A DNA stretch of 64,000 nt from Bdellovibrionales bacterium (lineage in GTDB: Bacteria > Bdellovibrionota > Bdellovibrionia > Bdellovibrionales > JAUICD01): contig OZ253553.1 of assembly GCA_965262715.1 (NCBI GenBank), positions 224,001 through 288,000 on the forward strand, in the 5' to 3' direction. Of this stretch, positions 40,007 through 51,125 are shown one piece after another; within the stretch, counting starts at the first letter, position 1, and every line of letters starts with the position of its first letter. The notes below the pieces were generated by a model that was not told where the DNA came from, did not search any database, and saw only the letters and a list, made by a program, of their open reading frames with translations. Made by a program: the position numbers and the translations under genes.

Positions 40007-43000
40007 CTATATTGGTTTCCAGCAACCAGTAGTTTGTAGCTGACATGTTGTACCAGTGTTATCCTCGTTACAATGAGATTCAGAGTCATAAATACACTCA
40101 TCTGGTGACCAACATCCAGCCAGTTTAACACAAGTCCGGCCAGGATTAGCCCGCAGACAAGCTGCTAGCATTTCAAACCTGTTTAGACCGGCACATTGTG
40201 CTGCCCCACACAAATAACTTGGGTTACAACCACCCATTTCGCCAAGACAGTCCTGATCTGAACAGCACTCAACGCTTTCTGTAGAAAAACAAGATACACT
40301 TTGTGAATCACTTTCGCATGTCCACTCATACTCTCGAGTAGGTTCCCAGCCATGGACAAAACACCTATTATTAACCAAGGAAGGAGTCCCTACCTTACAA
40401 CGATCTCTTCCGTAAGGTTGACTACCACACTCTGGAGCAGGAGGAGGGCAATGACTGTTGTCAGGATAAGTATCACCATCACAACATTTTGTAGTAGAAT
40501 CACAACACCCTGCTGGTGGTGGTTGAGGGCACGAGCCACAATTACATTTATTATGGAGGGGACAATCTACAGTCTTTTTTGCATCTGTACTTTGACATTT
40601 CCATTGAGCCTCTATCTGTGTACTAGTAGGTTGAAAAAGATTACCTTCTGTACATGTGCCTTGTTGCGTTGTGCCATGAACATAACCTCCACACACTGCC
40701 TTTGATGGCGGTGGAGGACAGTGAGTAGGGTTGTCTGCATGGGTCTGACCAGGACAGCATCTTACAGCTGGGTTACATCCGCAAGTGGGACTATCTTTTC
40801 CAGTACATCCATTACTAGTTGTGCCTTTACATATCCATGTTCCAGGATTTGGAGGAGGGTCTGGGTCTGGATTTCCAGCAGCACATCCGGTATCATTGCA
40901 CACTCCATCTATAGGAGGAAGGGCAGGAGGGGAAGGAGGGCAACCTTGTGGTGTGATGCCGCAAGTTCCACTCTTTCCACCACCACCTATACCCAAACAT
41001 TCCCACTGGGTAGTATTAATGTCTTGTTTAGTTCCCACAGCGCATCCAGTATCGCTGCACTTTCCATCTCTTGGACAAGTTCCAGTGTTACTTCCTGTAC
41101 CTATGCCTTTACATGTCCAGGATCCAGTAGAACTAAGAGATAAGTTAGGATTAGCAGGCTTTTGAGTTCCTGCAGAGCATCCAGATCCAGTCGGACTGCA
41201 CTTTCCATTAATATTAAGTGGGCAAGGAGTCTGAGGAGCATCATCTCCTCCATTTTCACCTTTACATATCCATGTTCCATCATTATGTTTTATTTCCGTT
41301 CCCTCACTGCATCCTGTAGGGTTGCATATTGCATTTACTTTTGTCACATCTGGTTCACAAGTTGCAGAATCTCCTCCATTTTTACCTTTACATGTCCGTG
41401 TTTTAGTAAGATCTGGAGGATCTGGGTCTGGATCTCCTTTATCACATCCAGTCGGACTGCACTCTCCATTCACTGGACACTTATCGTTGCTTCCTCCTAA
41501 ATCTGAGTGCTTATCACTATCACAACATTTCACAGCTGAGTCACATGTGCCGCAAACTCCGCTATCATCTCCTTTATTTTCACCTTTACATATCCATGTT
41601 ACATCAGGAGGTGTTGCATTTTCTTTATCTCCGTATTTGCAACCATCATTAGGAGTATCGCACTCTCCATTCACTGGACAGTTATCGTTGCTTCCTCCTA
41701 AGTCTGAGTGCTTATCAGTGTCACAACATTCTTTACTTGGGTCACATGCAGACGGTGGTCTTCCACAACATTCTCCTCCATTTTCAGTAACTTCCTGAGG
41801 TTCTTTGTTATCTATAAGAGGAATCTTAATCCAGTCATCAGAACCCCAAAGCTGCTGCGTATTGAGGCTTGCACAAGTACTTGCAGTATGTGTCCAATTC
41901 GATGTATCTGATGCACCATCACCTGTGTATCCTTGTGCTTCTGCTAAACTTTGACAAGTCGGTCTGCAAACTCCATCATCATTGATCTCTTGAACATGAC
42001 ATGTCCCTGAACTTGCACAGTTAGTAGCACAGAATTGCCCTGTGCAATCTCCTCCTTCTGATACTAGACAACAAGCCTTTCCATTTGCCTTGACACAATC
42101 AGATGGACAATTCGAGTTACTGGGGAAAGTATCACCTGTGGATGGACAACATTCCACAGTTGAATCACAAGGAGGTGGTGTCACTCCTAATTCTAGTGCA
42201 CATGAAGCTGGCCTAGCATCACACCGCTCCGAAGATAAATTCCCTCCACCAACACCTAGATCAGGACAACCTCCACTGGGGACACCACATGCTCCACTAA
42301 AACTCACAGTATGAGTTCTTGGTGTAGGAGTATATTGATATACATCACAGGCATGGCACCTATGAGGATTACAGTTATAAGGATTACACTGAACTGATAC
42401 AGTCTGACAATTTAGCCCATTCAGGTCACATTGTTGCTGTGAACAAGTATTGTAACAAGTATCGTAACAAGTATGTGAACATGGTGTTCTGCAACTTTGA
42501 GCACAACTGACTGTACAAGAACCACTATCACACCCTATTGTATAAGTTCCAGAGGTATCACAAGTGAGATCAGTTGAACCAGTAGGTTGACATGTTCCAC
42601 TTTTTGAGTAACTACATGAATTTCCTTGCCTTCTCCCTACACAAGCAGATGTTGGCCCTGTCTCACTACAAGGAGATGTCGAATTACAAGGAAGGTCATA
42701 ATGGCAATCATACAAGCCTAGTGGTGGACAACCGGATGCTGAATCCTGTTGAGTCCTACCTCCCCCCTTGGGATTAGAGCAAGAGTTTGGGTATGAGTTT
42801 GTTTCACACTCATCTGTTCCAACAGTCCCACATTCATTCCTAAACCCATCACAGCAGATCAATTGAGGTTCACATTGCACATTTGTACATTTGCATGATG
42901 GGCCTGTACACGTAGGCTTGTGAGGAACATAAACACTCCACTCTGTGTCTTTACAAACTCCGGATCCAGTTCCACCACAAACATGGTGATATTTAGTGGA

Positions 43001-45013
43001 AAATTGGATGGGATTGCAGCCATCATCATGATAAGGCTTGCTCCCCTCTAACTTACAATCCAACTGACCACCATCACCATCTTTTCTAGCTCTACTGCCC
43101 ATAAAATTATCATTACAATCTACGGAATAGTGCTTTGGAAGTTCCCCTGCAGTATCTTTTGCAGGAAGCACTGTTTTTATAAGATAAGCATCCTTATCTG
43201 TACTTTTGAGCCACTCAGGGTCATTTGGAAAGTCATGAGTCTCAAATTTACTGGGTAAATCTGTATCCCATACTAAGTCTTTTGTATTTGTACCTCCGCA
43301 TGTGTCCTTGGGAGTGAAGGTGATCGTTTGTCTGCCTTGCTGAACTCCACTCAGCTCTCCCCCGCAATCTGAAGTTAAAGTTGGACTTGTTGCAGCTGTA
43401 CCGTTTCCATCTTCTCTTTCCCCTTCAAGCTCACACTTTTCTAGATTATGAGTGAATTGATCTTCTATACTTGCTGAAAACTCAACTGTGTCTTGATTGC
43501 ACTGAACCCATTTGTTTGTTGAATCTCCAGGTTTTATCCAATTTGTGAAAAGACCATCGTAATCACGGCCTCCTCCACCATCATCAGGAGTACCTACTGC
43601 ATCATTAGTAATACTCCTACTTGATATAGTAGGTCTAATAGCATCAATGTAAAATCTGGACACCATCTTCTTTCTTAAATTGCGACCTGCCATAGAAAAT
43701 TCGCCAACATTCAATTCATATCTTCTATCTGTTTTCATATCACTAAATTCCATCTCAAGAACTTGAGGGTTTGTAAGTTGCGATGCGTATTTCCAATCCT
43801 GGTCTGGACCCGTAGGTTGAATATGATGACATCTCTGCCAACGACCTAACTGAGGATTACAACCATTGTAACTTGCATCTCCATAAGATCTGCAATAAGA
43901 GTTCATCTGACATAAAATGACTGTGCCTATCTGCTGGCTTTCTTGTATACCATTAAAATTGACTGTGACTGTTATATCATCATAACCAGCACCATCAGTG
44001 TCACAAGAGGTCAACAATAAGGTTGAATTAGTTAAAAGGTCTTGGCCAGCTCCAGTAGTCAAGCCTACCATAGCTGCATGAATAGCTTTTGACAGCGTTG
44101 CCGTTATTGGCTTTATCTGATGAGCAAACCTATGAGAAGCATTACATCTATACCCTTGATCGTTACGATTGTATTTCAACATGATTGTAATCTCAAAACC
44201 AATTTCTGGATCACCTAATACATTTAAGGCTGGGGATAATTGCGCTCCTTGAGGATTATGAAAACGAGGACGTGTTAAAATCTTACTGGGGGGAGATGCT
44301 ATTGGCTTTTCTGTTTGTAAGTTTATTGGAGATATTTTTATATAAAATTTTAGGTTCTCTAAATCAAATTGATCTCCATACTTCTCTAATATAGAAAACA
44401 TGTTACCACTATTCATGCCATTAACTGTGTACATTTTACCATCACCACTGTTCTCTGTAAAAAATCCATTATCTGAATTGTAAAGATATTGAAGAGCATT
44501 CACAGAATTCACAATGAGTGTTGACGTAGATATGTCAAAAGGATAAGTAGCTCCAATAAGAGGCTTACCTGTATTTGATTGGGGGTCTCCTGTAGGAGGA
44601 GTGATGCCAAGGCTTTTATATAATTCATTGTACATCTCTGGAGGAAAAGAAAGCTCACTACCACTGCCAACATCCTTAACAACTCCACCATCATCTTTAA
44701 TAAACAATGGTTCATACATAAATATAAAATGATCAGTGCCTGTATGGTGAATTTTATATCCATAAAGACGCGCTCCTAAAGACACAACACTTTCTAAGGC
44801 TTGTTTTGCAATAGTGTCACACTGTGTAACTTGAGAGGAAGAGCTCATAGTGACTTTTGTTTGAGTAAAAAAATAACTGGTCCCTACTGCTACAGTCGCT
44901 AAAAACACGGCTATTAAAATAATCTCCACTAACATCATCCCCTGCTGGCCACGATGAGTGAAACGCTTTGTCCCTAAACTAAGATAAGAAGAAAAGTTAC
45001 ATGTTTTAAACAT
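40007..45013 (-). CDS. Giant type IV prepilin-like protein with Cys-rich repeat C-terminal half (putative adhesin)
   Basis: QQG/MMLVEIILIAVFLATVAVG class III signal (G-1, E+5); repeated VNGxC…GC..G…W.CKG.NGG modules; likely start MFKTC at 45013 (ORF track 45058). Confidence 0.8.
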   Translation of the reverse strand: MFKTCNFSSYLSLGTKRFTHRGQQGMMLVEIILIAVFLATVAVGTSYFFTQTKVTMSSSSQVTQCDTIAKQALESVVSLGARLYGYKIHHTGTDHFIFMYEPLFIKDDGGVVKDVGSGSELSFPPEMYNELYKSLGITPPTGDPQSNTGKPLIGATYPFDISTSTLIVNSVNALQYLYNSDNGFFTENSGDGKMYTVNGMNSGNMFSILEKYGDQFDLENLKFYIKISPINLQTEKPIASPPSKILTRPRFHNPQGAQLSPALNVLGDPEIGFEITIMLKYNRNDQGYRCNASHRFAHQIKPITATLSKAIHAAMVGLTTGAGQDLLTNSTLLLTSCDTDGAGYDDITVTVNFNGIQESQQIGTVILCQMNSYCRSYGDASYNGCNPQLGRWQRCHHIQPTGPDQDWKYASQLTNPQVLEMEFSDMKTDRRYELNVGEFSMAGRNLRKKMVSRFYIDAIRPTISSRSITNDAVGTPDDGGGGRDYDGLFTNWIKPGDSTNKWVQCNQDTVEFSASIEDQFTHNLEKCELEGEREDGNGTAATSPTLTSDCGGELSGVQQGRQTITFTPKDTCGGTNTKDLVWDTDLPSKFETHDFPNDPEWLKSTDKDAYLIKTVLPAKDTAGELPKHYSVDCNDNFMGSRARKDGDGGQLDCKLEGSKPYHDDGCNPIQFSTKYHHVCGGTGSGVCKDTEWSVYVPHKPTCTGPSCKCTNVQCEPQLICCDGFRNECGTVGTDECETNSYPNSCSNPKGGGRTQQDSASGCPPLGLYDCHYDLPCNSTSPCSETGPTSACVGRRQGNSCSYSKSGTCQPTGSTDLTCDTSGTYTIGCDSGSCTVSCAQSCRTPCSHTCYDTCYNTCSQQQCDLNGLNCQTVSVQCNPYNCNPHRCHACDVYQYTPTPRTHTVSFSGACGVPSGGCPDLGVGGGNLSSERCDARPASCALELGVTPPPCDSTVECCPSTGDTFPSNSNCPSDCVKANGKACCLVSEGGDCTGQFCATNCASSGTCHVQEINDDGVCRPTCQSLAEAQGYTGDGASDTSNWTHTASTCASLNTQQLWGSDDWIKIPLIDNKEPQEVTENGGECCGRPPSACDPSKECCDTDKHSDLGGSNDNCPVNGECDTPNDGCKYGDKENATPPDVTWICKGENKGDDSGVCGTCDSAVKCCDSDKHSDLGGSNDKCPVNGECSPTGCDKGDPDPDPPDLTKTRTCKGKNGGDSATCEPDVTKVNAICNPTGCSEGTEIKHNDGTWICKGENGGDDAPQTPCPLNINGKCSPTGSGCSAGTQKPANPNLSLSSTGSWTCKGIGTGSNTGTCPRDGKCSDTGCAVGTKQDINTTQWECLGIGGGGKSGTCGITPQGCPPSPPALPPIDGVCNDTGCAAGNPDPDPPPNPGTWICKGTTSNGCTGKDSPTCGCNPAVRCCPGQTHADNPTHCPPPPSKAVCGGYVHGTTQQGTCTEGNLFQPTSTQIEAQWKCQSTDAKKTVDCPLHNKCNCGSCPQPPPAGCCDSTTKCCDGDTYPDNSHCPPPAPECGSQPYGRDRCKVGTPSLVNNRCFVHGWEPTREYEWTCESDSQSVSCFSTESVECCSDQDCLGEMGGCNPSYLCGAAQCAGLNRFEMLAACLRANPGRTCVKLAGCWSPDECIYDSESHCNEDNTGTTCQLQTTGCWKPI

Positions 45014-45653
45014 TTGTAGAACCCAAAGATAATTTAAGTTTAACAAAAAAAATAACATTAAAAAAAATAAGGTATTATTTGGAGTTATGAATAAAAGTTC
45101 TGTACAAACACCTTAGTGTATATGATTTATCTCACATCTTATTGTAACTTAAGCTGTGATAAAAAGAAACTATTAAAATTATCAATTACTGTATCAATAA
45201 GATATATATAGGTTAAAAAAATATTTCAAATTAAAGAAAGGTGTTTCAAATAAAGAAAATGTTATTCAAAATGTTTCAAATTGATTGAATAATTATGACT
45301 CATAAATAGAACATCTGGTATTCCAGCAGACAAGATAATCAGGTAACGGTATTAGGTAACAGTCATAAAATTAAGCTATTAACTGGCAAGTACTTTTTAC
45401 ATCATTATAGAAGGTTAACATTACTGATAACAGGTGTAGTTTGCCTGCTTCCCTGTTTGCCCGACTGCCGAATTAAAATAAAAACTTAATAAAATGTAAT
45501 TTGTAAATTCGATATGCTATCTTGCAAAAAGTAATAACTCATAGAAGGGCTCTTAAAAAATAAGTTTTGTATTTTAAAATAAGTATAACTCGACTTCATA
45601 CAAAATCAACATTCTGACAAAAGAAGCAAGTTGGTAACAGCCATAGAATTGCT

Positions 45654-46361
45654 TTAGTTCATTTCAGTTAAAATATTCTCAAGAGTTTTTCTAGGATCCT
45701 TTGAATAAATTATAGGACGACCTATGACCAGAGCGGATGCTCCATTGAGTAGAGCCTCTTGAGGGCTCATAACTCTTTTTTGATCTTCTAAAATTTGAGC
45801 TTTATGTAATCTTACACCAGGGGTAATGATATTTAAGTCATTATGCGCTCTTCTTATCTCTTTAGCTTCATGTGGAGAACAGACAACTCCATTCAGTCCA
45901 GATTCTACAGTTAAATTAACTAGCATTTTAACATGATCTAAAATGGAAATATTCTTCAGGTTGGAAGGTAGTGTATCAGAAGAAAAACTTGTTAAGATTG
46001 TTACACTTAGGATATGAAAAGCGCGCTTATTCTGCAGTTTACTTTCTAATGAGGCCAACTGTTCTAAAGCAACACGGCCTGCTAAGGCATGGACAGTTAC
46101 TAAACTAGCTCCTTGGTCAAAACAAGCTTGAGTCGCATTGACCATGGTACTTGGTATATCGTAAAACTTTTGGTCAATAAAAAGAGGAGCCATGTCCGCA
46201 AGTTTTTTAATAAAGGATTTATCAGATCTTAATAATAACCTAGGGCCTACTTTGTAGGCACCAACAATATCTTTTAAAGATTCTGCTAAAAACATAGCTT
46301 CTTTAGGATGATTTACATCTAATGCTACAATAATAGGGGTTTTTATATTAAGCTTTGACAT
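45654..46361 (-). CDS. pyrF: Orotidine-5'-phosphate decarboxylase
   Basis: IVALD, KVG, FIDQKFYDIPST, VTILTS, TPGVR, DQKR, VIGRPI. Confidence 0.95.
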   Translation of the reverse strand: MSKLNIKTPIIVALDVNHPKEAMFLAESLKDIVGAYKVGPRLLLRSDKSFIKKLADMAPLFIDQKFYDIPSTMVNATQACFDQGASLVTVHALAGRVALEQLASLESKLQNKRAFHILSVTILTSFSSDTLPSNLKNISILDHVKMLVNLTVESGLNGVVCSPHEAKEIRRAHNDLNIITPGVRLHKAQILEDQKRVMSPQEALLNGASALVIGRPIIYSKDPRKTLENILTEMN

Positions 46362-46996
46362 ATTTGCCTATTTTTTCCTGTTTATCAAAAATAATACCAA
46401 TATTAAATATTTTACAACTTATTTTTAATAAAATGCCAAAAAATACGGTCAATAAATTGAGGATATAACTTTATTTTTTTATTTTCATACATAATACATA
46501 ATTTTAAAGTTATTTATTTTAGAGTTTCATAAAAAAATAATGAATATGTAAAATTTAGCTTGCATATTTGTCTCATATCGTGTAAGGTTTTCTTAACTCG
46601 TTAAAAAGTGACTTTATTTGAGACAGTTTCAATTAAAGTCATTTAATAATAATGGCATCCTTTGATCAATACAAGATAGCAATTCATGTAGAGTGGTGTT
46701 CAATACCCACTGCTGCTTTCAGTAGCCTTTAGTAGTTTGTTTATCTTGTCATAAATACACTTAAAATGTGTTCTTAGACTTTTTTTATAGCTTGAGACTT
46801 TAGAAATACTTTAGTTTTAACAATTAAAGATTTTCTATATGTTGTTATGACAACAATGAGAACTGAAAAGGTTACTTTGAAATAAATTTATTTTACTAAA
46901 AATATCAAAGAAAGATAAGCTACACATTTTACTTACAAATTGAGTTCTAAGTCTGTTTTTTATTGTTTTAATACTTTGTAGAAAGGTGGTATAAAG

Positions 46997-48076
46997 ATGT
47001 CAAATAATTGTTTTGTTTTACCAAATCAAAATATCTCATTATCTATTTTTGAAATGCAAAAAAATAAATTATCATCAAAGATTTTATATAGGTCTAAAAT
47101 CATGCATTCCTTATTAAAGATGACTGAGCGTGTGGCCTCTTCAAGCGCAAATGTTCTAACTCTTGGAGATAGTGGTACTGGAAAAGAGCTTATCGCAAGA
47201 TATATTCATGAGCGGTCTCAAAGAGCCAATAATTCTTTCGTGGCCATTAACTGCAGTGCCCTAAGAGAATCTCTTTTAGAAAGTGAACTTTTTGGCCATG
47301 AAAAAGGTGCTTTTACAGGTGCTTATTCTCAAAAAGTTGGTTTAGCAGAAGTAGCTAGCGGAGGCACTCTCTTTTTGGATGAAATTGCTGAATTATCTCT
47401 TAATATTCAAGCTAAACTTTTAAGATTTATTCAAGAAAGCGAAATTTATCGTGTTGGTGGCAAAAAACCAATTAAGGTAGATATTCGATTAGTGACTGCA
47501 ACAAACAAGAATTTAGAAACAGAAGTGATTAAAGGAAATTTTAGAGAAGATCTTTTTTATCGTATCAACACAATCATGATAAATATCCCTTCTCTTAGAA
47601 GAAGAAGAGAAGATATCTCTCTTTTAGTGAATCATTTCTTATCACAATCTAATAATAAGAGCAATGGTGAGAATTCAAAAAGTTTGGAGTGCAAAAAAGT
47701 CATGAGTGCAGAAACAATGAAGCTCATGGTAAAATATGATTGGCCGGGCAATGTGCGAGAGCTTCAAAACGCATGTCAGAGATTGAGAATTCTTGCAGAA
47801 GGTCCTGTCATTAAGCCAACTGATCTTCCAGAGAACATTCTTTATTCAGATCAAAAGGTCATTACAGATGCTTATGATCCTACTGTTAATTTGCATGATC
47901 TTGAAAGACGTTATATTTTAGAGGCTCTCAAGTATTTTGAAGGCAATAAAACAAAAACAGCTCGTGCTCTTGGTATGACCATCAAAACTCTTTATAATAG
48001 ACTTCACGAATACAATCAATTTAAGAAAAAGCAATACAAGGATCAAGCTGAGAAGGTCAAAACAGTCACAATTTAA
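46997..48076 (+). CDS. Sigma-54-dependent Fis-family activator without an N-terminal sensory domain
   Basis: GDSGTGKE, ESELFGHEKGAFTGA, FLDEI, FREDLFYRI, WPGNVREL, C-terminal HTH. Confidence 0.95.
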   Translation: MSNNCFVLPNQNISLSIFEMQKNKLSSKILYRSKIMHSLLKMTERVASSSANVLTLGDSGTGKELIARYIHERSQRANNSFVAINCSALRESLLESELFGHEKGAFTGAYSQKVGLAEVASGGTLFLDEIAELSLNIQAKLLRFIQESEIYRVGGKKPIKVDIRLVTATNKNLETEVIKGNFREDLFYRINTIMINIPSLRRRREDISLLVNHFLSQSNNKSNGENSKSLECKKVMSAETMKLMVKYDWPGNVRELQNACQRLRILAEGPVIKPTDLPENILYSDQKVITDAYDPTVNLHDLERRYILEALKYFEGNKTKTARALGMTIKTLYNRLHEYNQFKKKQYKDQAEKVKTVTI

Positions 48077-48085
48077 AGTGTCTAG

Positions 48086-48115
48086 AGCAGGAGAGTTAAT
48101 TCTCCTGCTTTTTTT
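48086..48115 (+). terminator. Rho-independent terminator
   Basis: AGCAGGAGA-GTTAAT-TCTCCTGCT followed by a T run, 10 nt after the stop. Confidence 0.85.
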
Positions 48116-48434
48116 GTCTAAAAAATAAGACTGTCCCATCTATAAATCCTACTTAAGGGATCATAAAAAACTCTCATATTTATTTTATTAATAAAGGTTT
48201 TTTATACTATTACTTATTGCTATTTTAGTGAGAGTCATAAAGGTAGTTACAGAGGGTTTTAGGTAGAAAAGGTATTTTAAGGCACAATGCATCTTTCACT
48301 TGCATTTATAAAGTAAATATCTTAAATTATTATTATATATGGTATTATTATATATGGGTAGAAAATAGGTACCTGTTATTATATTAGAGATTATTTAAAA
48401 AATAATAAAAAACAAAAATAACATGAGGTAGGAG

Positions 48435-48677
48435 ATGGCACGTATAACTGTTGAAGATTGTTTAGACAACGTCACTAATCGTTTTGATTTGGTGATTTTA
48501 GTTACTAGAAGAGCAAAGTCCTTATTTAGAGGTGCAGAACCCACAGTACAAACTAAAGGTGAAAACAAGCAAGTGGTCACTGCATTAAGAGAGGTAGCTG
48601 CAGGTTACGTGAAGTTTAAATATGATGAGTCGTTAGGCACGCCTATTGAGCAAATTGAACGCGACCTTAATCGCTGA
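48435..48677 (+). CDS. rpoZ: RNA polymerase omega subunit
   Basis: MARITVEDCL..V.NRFDLV, NKQVVTALREVAAG. Confidence 0.97.
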   Translation: MARITVEDCLDNVTNRFDLVILVTRRAKSLFRGAEPTVQTKGENKQVVTALREVAAGYVKFKYDESLGTPIEQIERDLNR

Positions 48678-48802
48678 GGGGATGAACGTAAATAAAAACA
48701 GATATTTATGGTAAGTGGCACATATAAACGCCTATAAATTGTGTGAAATTTTTATAAAGAGTCTTAGTCATTTAACAATAAAAAACTGTTCAAAGGAGAC
48801 AG

Positions 48803-51058
48803 ATGTCTGATTGCCAACAACAAAAGGCTATAGGGCTTCAAAATCTTATATCCTCAACAACTGAACAAACAGATATTGTCACCATAGAAAGCTTATTAGA
48901 AAAACTACAGGGCAAGTACTCCGAGCAGCATTTACAGTTTATTAAGAAAGTCTATAGCTTTTCTAAAAAAGCTCATGAAGGGCAATATAGAAAGAATGGG
49001 GTTCTTTATATTTCTCACCCTTTAGCAGTGGCCAATATCTTAGCAGACTTAAATTTAGATTTCGCGACTCTTGCAACGGGTCTCTTACATGACACTGTTG
49101 AGGATACACCTGTCACACTCGATGATATATCAAAGAACTTTGGAAAAGATATCGCAAACTTAGTAGATGGTGTGACAAAAATTTCGCAGATAACTTTTCA
49201 AAACACACACACCAAACAGGGCGAAAACATTCGCAAAATGTTTATTGCTATGGCAAAAGATTTGCGTGTAATAGTTGTTAAGCTAGCTGATCGATTGCAC
49301 AATATGAGAACCTTGAACTATATGTCTTATGAAAAACAACTAAATATAGCTCAAGAAACTCTTGATATCTATGCCCCGCTAGCAAACCGCTTAGGTATTA
49401 ATGCTTGGCAGATAGAACTAGAAGATTTAAGTTTTAAGTATCTTAAACCTAACAACTTTCAAGATCTCTCTGAAAAGTTTTCAAACACAAAGAAAGAGAA
49501 AAAACAATTCATAAAAAACATGCATTCCATTTTATCTAAGGAGATAAAAAAGCAGAGTAAGTTAATTCTTACTGTACAGGGTCGACATAAGCATCTTTAT
49601 TCTATCTATCAAAAAATGAGCAAGAAAAATATCGATTACGATGCTATTTATGATGTTTTTGGTTTTCGAGTTATCACCGATACAAAGACTCAATGTTATG
49701 AGATATTAGGAATTATACATAATATGTACTGTCCTATTCCTGGCAGGTTTAAAGATTACATTGCTATACCTAAACCCAACCATTATCAGAGCCTACACAC
49801 CACAGTTATGACCACAGAAGGTGATAGAGTCGAAATTCAAATTCGTACACGAGACATGCACTTGATTGCAGAAAAAGGAATTGCAGCTCATTGGGGTTAT
49901 AAATCAGGAGAGACAATAACATCTGATACAACAAAGAAGTTTGAGTGGATCAAAAATGTTATGGATTGGAATAGAGAAACTTACGACCCTAATGAATTTC
50001 TAGAAAATATCAAGTCTGATCTTTTAGAATCAGAAATTTATATTTTTACTCCAAAAGGTGATATAAAAGCCTTAAAGGAAGGGGCAACAGCACTTGACTT
50101 TGCTTACTCAATTCATACAGAAGTAGGGCATCGTACAGTGAGTGCTAAAATTGATGGTCAAATAGTACCACTCAAATATAAGCTTCAAAATGGAGATACT
50201 GTACAAATTATGACATCTTCAAATCAAAAGCCTTCTAAAAACTGGTTGGAGTACTGTATAACATCAAGTGCAAAGTCCAAAATACGCAACTTTATTCATA
50301 CGGAAGAAAGAAAACAATCAATAGAGCTTGGACGACAATTATTAGAAAAAGAGTTTAAAAAATATGGATTTAAATTAGAAAAATATATAAATACACAGCA
50401 TGCCAAAAAATACCTAGAGAGCATAGGAGCTCATACGAAAGAATTTCTTTATGCTCAAGTAGCTTATGGAAAGAAAATGCCTAATAATGTTTTAACAAGG
50501 CTTAATGTGGAGTTTCAAAAATATCAAGAGGATGAGAAGAAAAAGCTAAAACAATCAGAGCTTCAAAAATCATCAAAAAAGATAAATAAAGAAAAAAACC
50601 ATTCACTTATTCAAGTTGATGGGATGACAGACCTTCTTTTACATTATGCGAAGTGTTGTCAGCCGATTCATGGAGACGCTATTGTTGGATTTATTTCAAG
50701 AGGTAGAGGGCTTGTAATTCATCAAATGTCTTGTCCTAAAATTTTCGAACTTGATCCTGAAAGAAGAATTAACGTAGGATGGGTAAACACACCTCATACA
50801 AAACTTATGACTCAGCTGCGTGTTGTCTGCCATGACTTTCCTGGACTTTTAAAATTAATCAGTGAAACTTTTACTTTGAAAGGCATCAATATTGAAAGTG
50901 CAGAGGTGCAAACTGATAAGAACAAAAAGGCTATTTGTACATTTGTTGTTGGGGTCACTGACAGATCTCAACTCATTGAGGCCTTAAAAAGCCTTGAAAA
51001 AGTCAATGGTGTGATTCATGCCGAACGCTCTGTTTTTAGAGAACGTAGAAGCTCATAA
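48803..51058 (+). CDS. spoT: Bifunctional (p)ppGpp synthetase/hydrolase RelA/SpoT
   Basis: HD hydrolase (LLHDTVEDT), KLADRLHNMRTL, YQSLHT, EIQIRT, TGS, CC, ACT domains. Confidence 0.96.
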   Translation: MSDCQQQKAIGLQNLISSTTEQTDIVTIESLLEKLQGKYSEQHLQFIKKVYSFSKKAHEGQYRKNGVLYISHPLAVANILADLNLDFATLATGLLHDTVEDTPVTLDDISKNFGKDIANLVDGVTKISQITFQNTHTKQGENIRKMFIAMAKDLRVIVVKLADRLHNMRTLNYMSYEKQLNIAQETLDIYAPLANRLGINAWQIELEDLSFKYLKPNNFQDLSEKFSNTKKEKKQFIKNMHSILSKEIKKQSKLILTVQGRHKHLYSIYQKMSKKNIDYDAIYDVFGFRVITDTKTQCYEILGIIHNMYCPIPGRFKDYIAIPKPNHYQSLHTTVMTTEGDRVEIQIRTRDMHLIAEKGIAAHWGYKSGETITSDTTKKFEWIKNVMDWNRETYDPNEFLENIKSDLLESEIYIFTPKGDIKALKEGATALDFAYSIHTEVGHRTVSAKIDGQIVPLKYKLQNGDTVQIMTSSNQKPSKNWLEYCITSSAKSKIRNFIHTEERKQSIELGRQLLEKEFKKYGFKLEKYINTQHAKKYLESIGAHTKEFLYAQVAYGKKMPNNVLTRLNVEFQKYQEDEKKKLKQSELQKSSKKINKEKNHSLIQVDGMTDLLLHYAKCCQPIHGDAIVGFISRGRGLVIHQMSCPKIFELDPERRINVGWVNTPHTKLMTQLRVVCHDFPGLLKLISETFTLKGINIESAEVQTDKNKKAICTFVVGVTDRSQLIEALKSLEKVNGVIHAERSVFRERRSS

Positions 51059-51125
51059 TATCTTTATCTCAATGATCTCTATTCAATAAGCAAAAAAATT
51101 GAATATCTCTACAAGAGATATTAAT

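Noticed and set aside
40352..42777. Several plus-strand ORFs inside the giant gene
   Set aside because: Antisense shadows of a GC-richer repetitive coding region; the same applies to shadows inside ftsH, degP, pilN and pilQ
48328..48358. Short AT-rich tandem duplications (also TATTATG x3 near 18002)
   Set aside because: Low-complexity slippage expected at this AT content
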